From the NCBI RefSeq assembly GCF_001457615.1, contig NZ_LN831024.1, positions 3,210,001 through 3,242,000 on the forward strand: a stretch of 32,000 nt of DNA. Reading direction: 5' to 3'. A program made the translations under genes and the position numbers. Below the pieces are notes generated by a model that was given only the letters and a program-made list of their open reading frames with translations, had not been told where the DNA came from and searched no databases. This DNA is from Pseudomonas aeruginosa (GTDB lineage Bacteria; Pseudomonadota; Gammaproteobacteria; Pseudomonadales; Pseudomonadaceae). Shown in pieces: positions 1-9,017 of the stretch. Within the stretch, counting starts at the first letter, position 1; every line of letters starts with the position of its first letter.

Positions 1-219
1 GTACATCAGGCGTTGCGCGATGGTCGCGAGGAACGCCCGCGGCGAGCGGATCGACGCCGGGTCGGGGAGCATCCAGACCTGCAGGAAAGCCTCGGCGGCG
101 AGGTCTTCGGCGCTGTGGCTACAGCCGGTCTGGTAGGACAGCTTCTTGCACAGCCAGTCGTAGTTCTGCTGGAACAACTGGGCGATCAGGGTGTTCTTGA
201 TGGAGCCTTGGCTATCCAT
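1..219 (-). CDS. ECF (FecI-type) sigma factor, N-terminal 73 codons only; the gene runs off the left edge
   Basis: Absent from the ORF track because there is no stop codon in the window. The reverse complement from ATG at 219 reads MDSQGSIKNTLIAQLFQQNYDWLCKKLSYQTGCSHSAEDLAAEAFLQVWMLPDPASIRSPRAFLATIAQRLMY. This is a typical region-2 start of FecI-like ECF sigmas (AEDLxxEAFL). It lies next to a TonB-dependent transducer cluster. Confidence 0.8.
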   Translation of the reverse strand, partial: MDSQGSIKNTLIAQLFQQNYDWLCKKLSYQTGCSHSAEDLAAEAFLQVWMLPDPASIRSPRAFLATIAQRLMY

Positions 220-321
220 GGTAAGCGTTCGCTGCTGGCAGGCCACGCCACGGATAGCGGTAGTGAGCCTGGAGGTTGAGGAACGGCGCCCGGGGCTGTT
301 CCCGTGGCGCACGGTAGGGAA

Positions 322-1518
322 TCAATCGAGGCGCTCCCGGCAGTCCGCCGTGCCCGCCGCCGGCCGCTGCGCGGACAGCCAGCCGCAGGCGGCGGCGCCG
401 AGGATCAGCGCGGCGCCCCACCAGGGGAGCGCGCGCACCGCCACCTGGTCCACCAGGATCGCGCCGATGAAGGCGCCCAGGGCCACGCCCAGCTGGATCG
501 CGCTGGTGTTGAGGCTGATCTGGATCGCCGCGGTGTCCGGGCTGAGTTCCACCAGGTATTTCTGGATCGCCGGCCCCGGCGCCATGTTGAACACGCACCA
601 GAACACCACCGCGCCCAGCAGCAGCGGCAGGCCGCCGGTGGCGAACGGCAGCAGGACCAGGGCCAGTGCATGCAGGAGCAGGAAGGCGACGAAGGTGGCC
701 GGCCCCGGCCAGCGGTCGGCGGCACGTCCGCCGAGCAGCGCGCCGAGGATGCCGCCGCCCCCGTAGACCAGCAGGACCAGGCTGATGGTCGGTTTGTCGA
801 GGGCCATGCTGCCGACCAGGAACGGCACGATGTAGGTGTAGACGGTGAACTGGCCGGTCATCTGCAACAGCGATGCCAGGTGGGCGAACGGCACCCGGCC
901 CCGGGCCAGCGCCCGCAGTTGCTCCGCCGGGGCGATGCCGGGCGCGCCGGGTATGGCCGGCAGCAGGCGCAGGAGCAGCGGCAGGCCGAGCAACGCGACC
1001 CCGGCGAGCAGCAGGAACAGGCTACGCCAGCCCCAGAACTCGCCGATCAGGGTGCCCAGCGGTACGCCCAGCACCAGTGAGGCGACGATGCCGGCAAACA
1101 CCAGGCCGATCGCCCGGCCGCGCCGTTCCGGTGCGACGATGGCCACCGCCAGGGTGATCGCCACCACCACAATGACCGAGGCACTGGCCGCCACCAGCAG
1201 CCGGCTCGCCAGCAACAGGGCGAAGCTCGGCGCGGCGGCGCTGGCCAGGTTGGCGCCGATGAACGCCAGCAGCGCGCCGGCCAGCAGGCGGCGGCGCTCG
1301 ATGCCGGCGCTGAGGTAGACCAGCAGCGGGCCGAGCAGCGCATAGACCAGCGCGTACAGGCTCATCAGCAACCCGGCCCGGCCCTGGCTGACGGCGAAAC
1401 TGGCGGCCAGTTCGTCGAGCACCCCGGCCACCACCAGTTCCACCGTGCCGACCACGAAGGCCAGCCCGGCCAGCAGCCAGACGCCCACCTCCGCCCTGCT
1501 CCGTTCAGTCTCGCCCAT
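322..1518 (-). CDS. MFS transporter (398 aa)
   Basis: C-terminal part of track ORF 322..1710. It is hydrophobic throughout with multiple predicted TM helices (LLAGLAFVVGTVELVVAGV, LLGPLLVYLSAGIERRRLL, and so on). I chose the start MGETERS at 1518 because GGGGAGG lies about 9 nt upstream. The upstream extension MARSSPSPSPSPS is low-complexity and overlaps the preceding gene. Confidence 0.8.
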   Translation of the reverse strand: MGETERSRAEVGVWLLAGLAFVVGTVELVVAGVLDELAASFAVSQGRAGLLMSLYALVYALLGPLLVYLSAGIERRRLLAGALLAFIGANLASAAAPSFALLLASRLLVAASASVIVVVAITLAVAIVAPERRGRAIGLVFAGIVASLVLGVPLGTLIGEFWGWRSLFLLLAGVALLGLPLLLRLLPAIPGAPGIAPAEQLRALARGRVPFAHLASLLQMTGQFTVYTYIVPFLVGSMALDKPTISLVLLVYGGGGILGALLGGRAADRWPGPATFVAFLLLHALALVLLPFATGGLPLLLGAVVFWCVFNMAPGPAIQKYLVELSPDTAAIQISLNTSAIQLGVALGAFIGAILVDQVAVRALPWWGAALILGAAACGWLSAQRPAAGTADCRERLD

Positions 1519-2788
1519 GGCTGCGTGCCTCCCCGTCGATGGCATAGCGATAGCGCCCGAGCATGACCAGCAGCCCTGCCGCCACGCCGAACGCGCCGAG
1601 CAGGACCAGCGTCGAGCCCGCGTAGGAGCCCGCGCGGTCGTAGAAGTAACCCAGCAGCCAGGACCCCAGGCTGATGGCGATGGCGAAGGTGAAGGGCTGG
1701 ATCGAGCCATAGATCACGCTGAAATGGCGCAGGCCGAAGTAGCGGCTGACGAAGTACTGGGTGGTGCCGGTCTCGCCGCCGGCGCCCAGGCCGATCAGGA
1801 ACACCGCGCCCCAGAGCAGCGCCGGCGGTCCGCCAAGGAGCAGGAGCAGCAGCCCGAGCGCCGCCAGCAGGGCGAACGGCAAGGCGATGCGCGGGGTGTC
1901 GTAGCGGTCCAGCAGGTAGCCCAGCGCCGGTTGCGAAACGATCATGCCGACCCACAGCGCCGCCAGCACGTCGGTGGCGACTTCCCGCGACAGGCCGCGC
2001 TCCTGCAACAGCGGCACGCCATGCACCATCACGCCGGTGACGGCGAACACGCCGAGGATCAGGTTGCCGACGATTAGCCAGAAGTCCGCCGAGCGCCAGG
2101 CCTGGCCTGGCGTCGCTCCGGGCAGCGCGCCGGCTGGCGGGCGCCGCGCCTGCGGCAGGTCGCCGGGCCGCTCGCGGAACAGCGCGTAGAGCAGCGGCAG
2201 CGCCAGCAGGCCTTCGAGCAGGCCATAGACGAGGAAGGTGGCACGCCAGCCGAAGGCGTCGATGCAGGCGCTGCCCAGGTACAGCGCCAGTGGCCCGCCG
2301 ACGCCGAAGCCGAGTCCGAGGATGCCGTAGGCTGCGCCGCGACGACGCTCGAACCAGCCGCCGAGAATCCGCGCATAGGGAATGTTGCCCGGCGTCAGCA
2401 GGCCGAGCAGCGCGAACAGCAGGTATAGCTGCCAGCCGCTGCGCGCCAGCGCCAGGCTGGCCAGGCACAGGGCCAGCGCGGCGGTCAGCGGCAGGACCAG
2501 GGCGCGCGCGCCCCAGCGATCCACCAGCCAGCCCTTCAGCGGGCTGCTCAGGGCTACCGCCAGGCCCAGCAGGGTCACCGGCAGTGCCGACTGGCCACGG
2601 TCCCAGTCCAGGTCGGCGGCGATCGGCTCGATGAACAGCGAAAAGCTGCTGATCACCAGCCCGGTGGGGCCGAAGATCACCCCCACTACCGAGGCCAGCA
2701 GCACCCCACAACTGGCCACGCCGAACTCGCCGACGCCAGGCGCCGCCGGCGCGACGTCCTCCATGGCCTCGCGGGCGACGCCGCTCAT
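1505..2788 (-). CDS. MFS transporter (427 aa)
   Basis: Last 427 codons of track ORF 1505..5266. The sequence is a 12-TM-like hydrophobic protein containing GWLVDRWGAR, an MFS loop 2-3 type motif. The start ATG at 2788 overlaps the upstream stop as ATGA. The stop at 1505 overlaps the next start by 14 nt. Confidence 0.8.
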   Translation of the reverse strand: MSGVAREAMEDVAPAAPGVGEFGVASCGVLLASVVGVIFGPTGLVISSFSLFIEPIAADLDWDRGQSALPVTLLGLAVALSSPLKGWLVDRWGARALVLPLTAALALCLASLALARSGWQLYLLFALLGLLTPGNIPYARILGGWFERRRGAAYGILGLGFGVGGPLALYLGSACIDAFGWRATFLVYGLLEGLLALPLLYALFRERPGDLPQARRPPAGALPGATPGQAWRSADFWLIVGNLILGVFAVTGVMVHGVPLLQERGLSREVATDVLAALWVGMIVSQPALGYLLDRYDTPRIALPFALLAALGLLLLLLGGPPALLWGAVFLIGLGAGGETGTTQYFVSRYFGLRHFSVIYGSIQPFTFAIAISLGSWLLGYFYDRAGSYAGSTLVLLGAFGVAAGLLVMLGRYRYAIDGEARSHGRD

Positions 2789-3864
2789 GCGTCGCGCCTC
2801 AGGCGCTCGATCAGTTGGCGGCGCAAGCGGATGTCCTCGGCGTTCTCGGTGGTGGCCTCGAGCTGGACGATCTCGATGCCGGCGCGATGAAAGGCCAGGA
2901 TCTGTTCCGCCACCTCGCCGACGCTGCCCACCAGCACCCCGGCGAAGCTGCGCTGCACGGTATTCGCCACCCATTCGCGCAAGGCCTCCGGCGCCAGCCG
3001 GGCGAGCCGGTCGCGCTCGCCGTCGCGGGCGACCTGCGGCGATGCCGCCAGTTCGTCGAGGGGCCGTGCCAGAAGCAGTTCGAAAGCGGCCTGGCGGTAG
3101 TGCTCGGCGATGTCCAGGGCCGCCGCCGGACTGTCGCCGAGGATCACCTGGAAGTGCTTCCAGAACTTCAGCCGCCGTCCCTGCTCCGCCGCCTCCTCGT
3201 TCAGCCTGCGCTTGAGCTCCGCGGTCTGCGTGGGGCTGGCGAAGTGGCCGGCGTAGACGTCGGCGAAGCGCACCGCCAGGCGTTGTGCCTGCGCCGAGGA
3301 GCCGCCAACGGATAGCGGCGGGCGCGGCCGCTGGATCGGCAGGAAGCCGCTGCCGGCGTCCTCCAGCCGGTAGAACTCGCCGTGGTAGTCGAAGGGTTCG
3401 CGGCTTTCCAGGGCGCGGGTGAAGACCTCCAGGTACTCCACGGCGCGCCGGTAGCGTTCGTCCTTGTCGGCGAAGTCGCCGTCGCGGCGCACGTCGGCGT
3501 CGCTGGAGCCGATCACCAGGTGTACGCCGGCGCGCCCGTTGGACAGGCCGTCGAGAGTGGCCAGGGCGCGCGCGGCAACGGTCGGCTGGGCGCTCCCCGG
3601 TCGGTGCGCGACGGTGGCGCGCAGGCGCGGCGCCGCGGCCAAAGCCCAGCCGGCGACCAGCCAGGGGTCGGGCCAGGCAGCGGAAACGGTGAACAGCGCG
3701 CCGTCGAGGCCGTCCGCCTCTTCCAGGCGGGCCTTCTGCTGGATGTCGAAGGCGCTCACCGCGCGACTGCGGGTGTCCGGCAGGAAACGCGCGGCCTGGC
3801 GGGCGAAGGCACTGTCGCCGATGACCGCGGAGGCGCGCACGCCGCCGCGCAGTTCGATGCTCAT
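2785..3864 (-). CDS. Luciferase-like (flavin-dependent) monooxygenase family protein (359 aa)
   Basis: Track ORF 2785..3864. Length and sequence pattern fit the bacterial luciferase-like LLM fold (GRAGVHLVIGSSD, LSVGGSS, VGSVGEVAEQILAFHRAGIEIVQL). A strong AAGGAGG lies upstream of the ATG at 3864. Confidence 0.65.
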   Translation of the reverse strand: MSIELRGGVRASAVIGDSAFARQAARFLPDTRSRAVSAFDIQQKARLEEADGLDGALFTVSAAWPDPWLVAGWALAAAPRLRATVAHRPGSAQPTVAARALATLDGLSNGRAGVHLVIGSSDADVRRDGDFADKDERYRRAVEYLEVFTRALESREPFDYHGEFYRLEDAGSGFLPIQRPRPPLSVGGSSAQAQRLAVRFADVYAGHFASPTQTAELKRRLNEEAAEQGRRLKFWKHFQVILGDSPAAALDIAEHYRQAAFELLLARPLDELAASPQVARDGERDRLARLAPEALREWVANTVQRSFAGVLVGSVGEVAEQILAFHRAGIEIVQLEATTENAEDIRLRRQLIERLRRDA

Positions 3865-3876
3865 GGTTCGTCCTCC

Positions 3877-6528
3877 TTAGAAGGTGTAGGCCGCGCCGAG
3901 GTAGTAGAAGGCGCCGTTGAAGCTGATCTGCGAGGCATAGGTGTCGTACTGGTTGAAGCCGAGGTAGGCGCTCTCGGCCGGCAGCTTGTCGGGCTTCACG
4001 TCGAACAGATTGTTGGCCCCGGCGCTCAGGGTCAGGTTGCGGCTCGCCGCATAGCGCAGGGCAACGTCGGTGATGTACTTGGGCGAATTCTCGAAGCGGT
4101 TGAAGACCGTGGTCGAATAGGCGTGCTCGCCGGTGTAGTAGTCCAGTTCGGAAACCGTCTTGCTGTAGCGCGTTTCGCGCAGGGTCAGGCCCCAGCGCCG
4201 GTAGCTCCAGTCGGCCTGCAGGCTGACCTGGCTGCGCGGCGTGGAACTGGTGATCCAGGCCTGCTGCTGGTCGTTGAGCAGCGGCTGGCCGTTGCGCCCG
4301 CGATGATTCCTGACCAGCTTCGTGCGATTGACGTTGGCGCCCAGGCGCCAGTCGATCCGGCCCCACTCGCCGAGCCGGGTCAGGTAACTGGCGGTGAGGT
4401 CGAGGCCGTGGGTACGGGTGTCGGCGCCGTTGGTCATGTAGTGGGTGCTGACCTGGGTCAGTCCGGCCGGGATGCTGATCCCGCCGGCGCGCAGCGCATC
4501 GATCGCCGGCTGTCCGGAATAGGTGGCACCGTCGACGATGCGGTCGCGGATCTCGATGCGATAGGCGTCGATGGCCAGGTTCAGGTCCGGCAAGGGATCG
4601 AGCACCAGGCCGAGGTTGTAGCTGATCGACTTTTCCGGCTCCAGGTCCTCGGCGCCGAGCAGCCTGGCCGCCGGCGAGTTGACCGCCAGCAGGCCGCTGG
4701 CGATGGTCGGCGAGACACCCAGGCTGGTGTAGTTCTCCTGGGCCAGCGACGGTGCGCGGAAGCCGCTGCTGAGACTGGCCCGCGCCGATACCTCGGGGCT
4801 GAAGCGGTAGCGGCTGGCGAGCTTGCCGTTGGTGGTGCTGCCGAAGTCGCTGTAGTGCTCGTAGCGCGCCGCCGTCTCCAGTTGCCAGCGCTCGTCGAGG
4901 GCGGTGGACAGGTCGAGATAGGCGCCGAGCACGTCGCGGCTCCACTGTCCGGCGGTGGCCGGCGCCTGCCCGGGGAGCGCCTTGGAACCGCCGTTGTAGT
5001 AGGACCAGGGATCGCCGGCCTCGACCTCGTAGAGCTCGCGGCGCTGCTCCAGGCCCCAGGAGAAATTCAGCGGCGCCGGCAGCCAGGCGAGGTCGAAGTC
5101 GCGGCGCAGGTCGAGATTGTTGGTCCACTGGGTGGCCTTGTAGCGCGCCAGGTCGAAGGAGCGCGGCGAATCGCCGGTCTCGCCGTAGAGGGCGAGGTTG
5201 ATCGAATGGTCCATGCCGATCTCCGGGCGGTCGGCGCCGTAGGTCGAGCTGAGGTCCCAGTCCCAAGCGCCGAACAGCTCGCCGCCACGGGCGCCGAGGG
5301 TCAGCGAATAGTCGTCCTCGTCGCTGGTGATGCGCGGGGTGAAGCCGTTCGGATAGAGTCGCGGCGCCAGGGACGGCAACTGGTAGATCTGCGCCGAGGA
5401 CACCGAGCGATGGGTATAGGTGGCGAAGCTGTACAGCTCGACGTTGTCGTCCAGCGCCACGCCGGCGTTGTAGGCCAGCGCCTGGCGGTGCAGCGAAGGG
5501 TCGCCGATGGACGGGTTGCCGTAGTGCCCGGTACGCTGGTCGATGCCGGCGCGGATGGTCCGCGCCTGTTCGCGGAACTGCGCGCTGAGGTTGAGGAAAC
5601 CGCTCTCGCCGAAACGCAGGCCGCCATTCACCCCGCCGTTCTGGGTCAGGCCGTCGCCATCGCCGTAGCGACCGTTGTCGTAGGCGAGCCGGCCGCCGTG
5701 GTCGGCCGACTTGAGGATGACGTTGATCACCCCGGCGATGGCGTCCGAGCCGTACTGCGCCGAGGCGCCGTCGCGCAGCACCTCGATGCGCTCGATGGCG
5801 GCGAGCGGGATGGTATCCAGGTCGACCCCGGTGGAGCCGCTCTGCAGCCCGCCGCTGACATTGATGTTGGCGGTCTCGTGACGGCGCTTGCCGTTCACCA
5901 GCACCAGCACGTGGTTGGGACTCAGGCCGCGCAGCGACTGCGCGTTGGTCAGCGCCGAAGCGTTGTAGGCCTGGGCCTGGCGCGACAGCGAGGGCAGCAG
6001 GCGCACCAGGGCGTCGCGCAGGTCGCCGCTGCCACTGTCGCGCAATTGCTCGGCGCTGACCACATCGATCGGTGCCAGGCTCTCGCCGGCCTTGACATCG
6101 GCCTTGCGGGTGCCGGTGACCACCACCGTGGCCAGGGTCCCGGCGGGCTTCGCCGCCGGCAGCGCGGCATCCGGCGCCGTGGCGCGTTGCAGGCTGAGCA
6201 CGCCGGCGGCGCTGCGGATGTATTCCAGGCCGCTGCCCTGCAAGGCCCGCTGCAGCGCCTGCTCGACGCTGTAGGAGCCCTGGATCGCCGGTGCCGGCAG
6301 GCCCTCCACCAGGTGCTGGTCGAAGGCGATCGGGGTGCGACTCTGGCGGACTATGCTCAGCAGTACCTGGGCCAGTTCGCCGGCCGGGATGTCGAAGCGC
6401 TGGATCTCGGCGCGGCTGGTGGCGCGGACCTCCTCTGCCGCCGACTCGCCGGGCTGGCCAAGGCAGGCCAGGCCGACCGCGCAGAGCACGGGGACGAGTC
6501 GAAGACGTGGCGAACGCGGGTTGGGCAT
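3877..6528 (-). CDS. TonB-dependent transducer: outer-membrane receptor with an N-terminal signalling (STN) extension (883 aa)
   Basis: In-frame part of track ORF 3877..7110, starting at MPNPRSPRLRLVPVLCAVGLACLG (signal peptide). An STN-like segment follows (FDIPAGELAQVLLSIVRQSRTPIAFD...QGSYSVEQALQRALQGSGLEY). Next come the plug ([37 protein letters not shown]) and a beta-barrel ending in the terminal aromatic ...GAAYTF. Confidence 0.9.
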   Translation of the reverse strand: MPNPRSPRLRLVPVLCAVGLACLGQPGESAAEEVRATSRAEIQRFDIPAGELAQVLLSIVRQSRTPIAFDQHLVEGLPAPAIQGSYSVEQALQRALQGSGLEYIRSAAGVLSLQRATAPDAALPAAKPAGTLATVVVTGTRKADVKAGESLAPIDVVSAEQLRDSGSGDLRDALVRLLPSLSRQAQAYNASALTNAQSLRGLSPNHVLVLVNGKRRHETANINVSGGLQSGSTGVDLDTIPLAAIERIEVLRDGASAQYGSDAIAGVINVILKSADHGGRLAYDNGRYGDGDGLTQNGGVNGGLRFGESGFLNLSAQFREQARTIRAGIDQRTGHYGNPSIGDPSLHRQALAYNAGVALDDNVELYSFATYTHRSVSSAQIYQLPSLAPRLYPNGFTPRITSDEDDYSLTLGARGGELFGAWDWDLSSTYGADRPEIGMDHSINLALYGETGDSPRSFDLARYKATQWTNNLDLRRDFDLAWLPAPLNFSWGLEQRRELYEVEAGDPWSYYNGGSKALPGQAPATAGQWSRDVLGAYLDLSTALDERWQLETAARYEHYSDFGSTTNGKLASRYRFSPEVSARASLSSGFRAPSLAQENYTSLGVSPTIASGLLAVNSPAARLLGAEDLEPEKSISYNLGLVLDPLPDLNLAIDAYRIEIRDRIVDGATYSGQPAIDALRAGGISIPAGLTQVSTHYMTNGADTRTHGLDLTASYLTRLGEWGRIDWRLGANVNRTKLVRNHRGRNGQPLLNDQQQAWITSSTPRSQVSLQADWSYRRWGLTLRETRYSKTVSELDYYTGEHAYSTTVFNRFENSPKYITDVALRYAASRNLTLSAGANNLFDVKPDKLPAESAYLGFNQYDTYASQISFNGAFYYLGAAYTF

Positions 6529-6559
6529 GGTCGGTTCATCCTTGATCGGTTGCGGATGC

Positions 6560-6592
6560 CACCGAGTGCAATTGCCCGTACCGATTTTCAGC
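6560..6592 (-). promoter_or_regulatory. Candidate ECF-type promoter upstream of the transducer gene
   Basis: The minus strand reads GCTGAAAATCGGTACGGGCAATTGCACTCGGTGG. It has a GAAAAT -35-like element and a TCGG -10-like element about 18 nt apart, within the 91-bp gap before the receptor ATG. This is a pattern match by eye only. Confidence 0.2.
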
Positions 6593-6619
6593 CGCGCGGC
6601 AGACCGATTGCGCATAAGG

Positions 6620-7468
6620 TTATGCCTCGCCCTCCCGAGCCCGGCAGCGCCAGACACTGACCGGGATTTCGCTGACCTGTCCGTCGGCCTGCATGCGCCG
6701 CTCGGCGATCCGCCCGAGGCGGACGAAGAATTCCTCCAGGCGCGTCGCCGGCACCAGCGGTGCGAAATAGGTGCCGAAGGTGGCGGCGTGGAAATGCTGG
6801 TATTCGGCGGAGTCGGCGACACGCAGGACCGCCGGGCGGGAGACGATGGAGTCGACCCGGAAGTGTCGTTCGACGCGTTCGCGCAACGCCTCCCGGCCAC
6901 GGGTGCGGGTGCCCATCGGCAGCAGCCCGGCTTCCGCGTAGAGCGCCGCCACCCGTTCCGGCGCAGCCAGGCCCATCTCGACCAGGGCCTGGGCGACCAG
7001 GTCGTCCTCGCCGCCGAGGCCATCCTCGGCGAACGGATGGTGCGAGGTGAACAGGAATACTCCCTGCGCCTCGAGGTGCCGCGCGACCCACCGGAACAGC
7101 CGCTCTTCATCGGGATACAGCCAGTGCAGCACGGCGGTCATGCTGATCAGCTCGAAGCGTTCCGCCAGCGGCGGCAGGTCGAGCAGGTCGCCCTCCAGCA
7201 GACGCGCCTCGACGCCAGCCCCGCGCAACTGCGCGCGCGCCTGCTCCAGGCGTAGCGGCGAACGCTCGATGCCCCACAACCGTTGCAGGCCGGGCCAGCG
7301 CCGGGCGCCGCCGAGCAGCAGCGAGCCGATGCCGCAGCCGAGATCGAGCAGGCTGCGCGGCTCGATGCCGGCGCGGTCGAGCACCCAGTCCTGGTCGCGA
7401 CGTTGCAGCAGTTCGCTGGAATCCTGGTAGCCGTCCAGGCTGCGCGCCTGTTCAATGATCGCGTTCAT
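6620..7468 (-). CDS. Class I SAM-dependent methyltransferase (282 aa)
   Basis: Track ORF 6620..7468. It carries motif I LLDLGCGIGSLL followed by the acidic loop GIERS and a post-I LEGDLLDL. AAGGAG lies 9 nt upstream of the ATG at 7468. Confidence 0.8.
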   Translation of the reverse strand: MNAIIEQARSLDGYQDSSELLQRRDQDWVLDRAGIEPRSLLDLGCGIGSLLLGGARRWPGLQRLWGIERSPLRLEQARAQLRGAGVEARLLEGDLLDLPPLAERFELISMTAVLHWLYPDEERLFRWVARHLEAQGVFLFTSHHPFAEDGLGGEDDLVAQALVEMGLAAPERVAALYAEAGLLPMGTRTRGREALRERVERHFRVDSIVSRPAVLRVADSAEYQHFHAATFGTYFAPLVPATRLEEFFVRLGRIAERRMQADGQVSEIPVSVWRCRAREGEA

Positions 7469-8108
7469 GTACGCCTGCTCCTTGGTTGAGGCTGTCCGCC
7501 GTGATGGTCCATACGCAGCCGTGGCCTTGCGGCTCTTCGTAGAGCCGCCAGTCGGCGCGGCAATCGCTGGCGGCGACGAACGCCGACAGCAGCTTGGTGC
7601 AATAGGTGCAGGCCGACTCCAGGGTGATCGGCACGCCTCGGGCGCGGGCGCGCTCGCGGTAGTCCCAGATCGCGCAGTGACGGTTGTGGAATACCGCGCG
7701 CCCGTCAGCCTCGGCCTGCACCTCGAAACGCGAACCGTAGAGCGCGGCCTGGCGTGCCAGGCGGTCGGCGGCGCTGGCCGGATCGCCCCGTCCCGCCGGT
7801 TCCAGCGCGCGATAGATCCGCGCGGTGGCGCGCGCCCAGTCGTCGAGCCGGTAATCCGCCGGGCGCGCGACGATGAACTGTTCGATCAGCGCCTGGGCGC
7901 GGAAGAACACCGCCTGCCAGGCTTCGGCGCGCAGGTCGTCGGTCGCCGGCAGATCGGCGAATATCCGCGCGCTGGTCGCCACCCAGTCCCCCAGGTCTTC
8001 ACGCCGATGGCGCTCGGCGACGTAGGCGGACATCGCCGCGTGCACCTCGAACACCCGCTGTCGCCAGAGCGTCGCCTGCGCCGCCGGATCGCGTTCGACG
8101 GCGCTCAT
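7452..8108 (-). CDS. Hypothetical protein with a C-terminal four-Cys cluster (218 aa); possibly ATC-hydrolase-like family
   Basis: In-frame part of track ORF 7452..8378, starting at MSAVERDPAAQ. The ATG at 8108 overlaps the upstream stop as ATGA. Codon usage is like its neighbours. The C-terminus reads AVFHNRHCAIWD...ESACTYCTKLL...SDCRADW...GHGCVWTI. The family assignment is from remembered motif architecture only. Confidence 0.6.
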   Translation of the reverse strand: MSAVERDPAAQATLWRQRVFEVHAAMSAYVAERHRREDLGDWVATSARIFADLPATDDLRAEAWQAVFFRAQALIEQFIVARPADYRLDDWARATARIYRALEPAGRGDPASAADRLARQAALYGSRFEVQAEADGRAVFHNRHCAIWDYRERARARGVPITLESACTYCTKLLSAFVAASDCRADWRLYEEPQGHGCVWTITADSLNQGAGVHERDH

Positions 8109-9007
8109 CGGAGCGCCTCCCGGTGGCTGGCGAGAAACCCCAGCAGGTGCTCCAGCACGGCGTCCGGCGCGTCCTCGGGAAGCATGTGGCTGGCGCCGAT
8201 GGCGGCGCCCTCGACCTGCCCGGCCCAGGTCTTCCAGATTTCCAGCGGATGCTGCCCGGCGGCGTAGGGGCGCTCCTGCCAGAGCACCTGGACCGGGCAT
8301 TGCAGGCGCCGGCCGGCGTCGCGATCGGCCTGGTCGGCGTCGGCATCGACGCCCACCGCGGCCCGGTAGTCCTCGCACATCGCATGGCGCACGGCGGGGT
8401 CGCGGAACGCCCGGCGGTAACTTTCCAGCGCCTGCGGGTGGTAGATGTCGCGGCCCTGGGCCATGCGTCGCAGGGTGTAGTCGAGGAAGTGCTCCGGATC
8501 GGCGCCGATCAGGCGCTCCGGCAGGTCGTACGGCTGGGCGAGGAGGAACCAGTGGTAGGCGTTGAGGGCGAAGGCCTTGTTCACCGCGGCCCAGTTGTCG
8601 AGGATCGGCACCACGGTCAGCGAGACGAAGGCCGCGACCGCTTGCGGATGGTCCAGCGCCAGGCGATAGCCGACCCGCGCGCCGCGGTCGTGGCCGATCA
8701 CCGCGAAGCGTTCGAAGCCTAGCTGGCCCATCGTTTCCAGTTGGTCGCGGGCCAGCGCGGCCTTGGAATAGTCGGCGCCCTCCTCGTCCAGCGCCCGCGA
8801 TTCGCCATAGCCGCGCAGGTCGGCGAGGACCACGCTGTAGTCCTCGGCCAGGCGCGGAGCGATGCGATGCCAGGCCAGGTGGGTCTGCGGATAGCCATGC
8901 AACAGCAGCAGCGGCGGGCCGCTGCCCTTCACGGCGACGCGGAGGCGCGCGGCAGAGGTGTGCAGGGTCAGGTAGTCGAAGCCGGGCAGCAACGGATCGG
9001 TATTCAT
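8105..9007 (-). CDS. Alpha/beta-fold hydrolase, epoxide hydrolase / haloacetate dehalogenase-like (300 aa)
   Basis: In-frame part of track ORF 8105..9121, starting at MNTDPLLPGFDY. It contains LLLLHGYPQTHLAWHRIAP (oxyanion HGxP), the nucleophile elbow VIGHDRGARVGY and a C-terminal catalytic His context ASHMLPEDAP. Confidence 0.85.
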   Translation of the reverse strand: MNTDPLLPGFDYLTLHTSAARLRVAVKGSGPPLLLLHGYPQTHLAWHRIAPRLAEDYSVVLADLRGYGESRALDEEGADYSKAALARDQLETMGQLGFERFAVIGHDRGARVGYRLALDHPQAVAAFVSLTVVPILDNWAAVNKAFALNAYHWFLLAQPYDLPERLIGADPEHFLDYTLRRMAQGRDIYHPQALESYRRAFRDPAVRHAMCEDYRAAVGVDADADQADRDAGRRLQCPVQVLWQERPYAAGQHPLEIWKTWAGQVEGAAIGASHMLPEDAPDAVLEHLLGFLASHREALR

Positions 9008-9017
9008 GGGCGGCGCC

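Noticed and set aside
322-1710. Longer 462-aa version of the first MFS gene, starting MARSSPSPSPSPS
   Set aside because: The extension is low-complexity and overlaps the preceding MFS gene by about 200 nt. The internal ATG at 1518 has a good Shine-Dalgarno sequence and gives a normal MFS N-terminus.
2789-5266. Upstream 826 codons of the 1253-aa minus-strand ORF 1505..5266
   Set aside because: This part is out of frame with, and overlaps, the luciferase-like and receptor genes. It translates to Arg/Pro/Gly-rich nonsense. Only the last 427 codons (the MFS transporter) look like protein, and they have their own ATG coupled to the upstream stop.
3382-6660. 1092-aa ORF on the plus strand
   Set aside because: It lies entirely antisense to the well-supported TonB-dependent transducer gene. 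The translation is dominated by A/G/R/V/D runs with no recognisable domain. Long stop-free antisense frames are expected in very GC-rich DNA.
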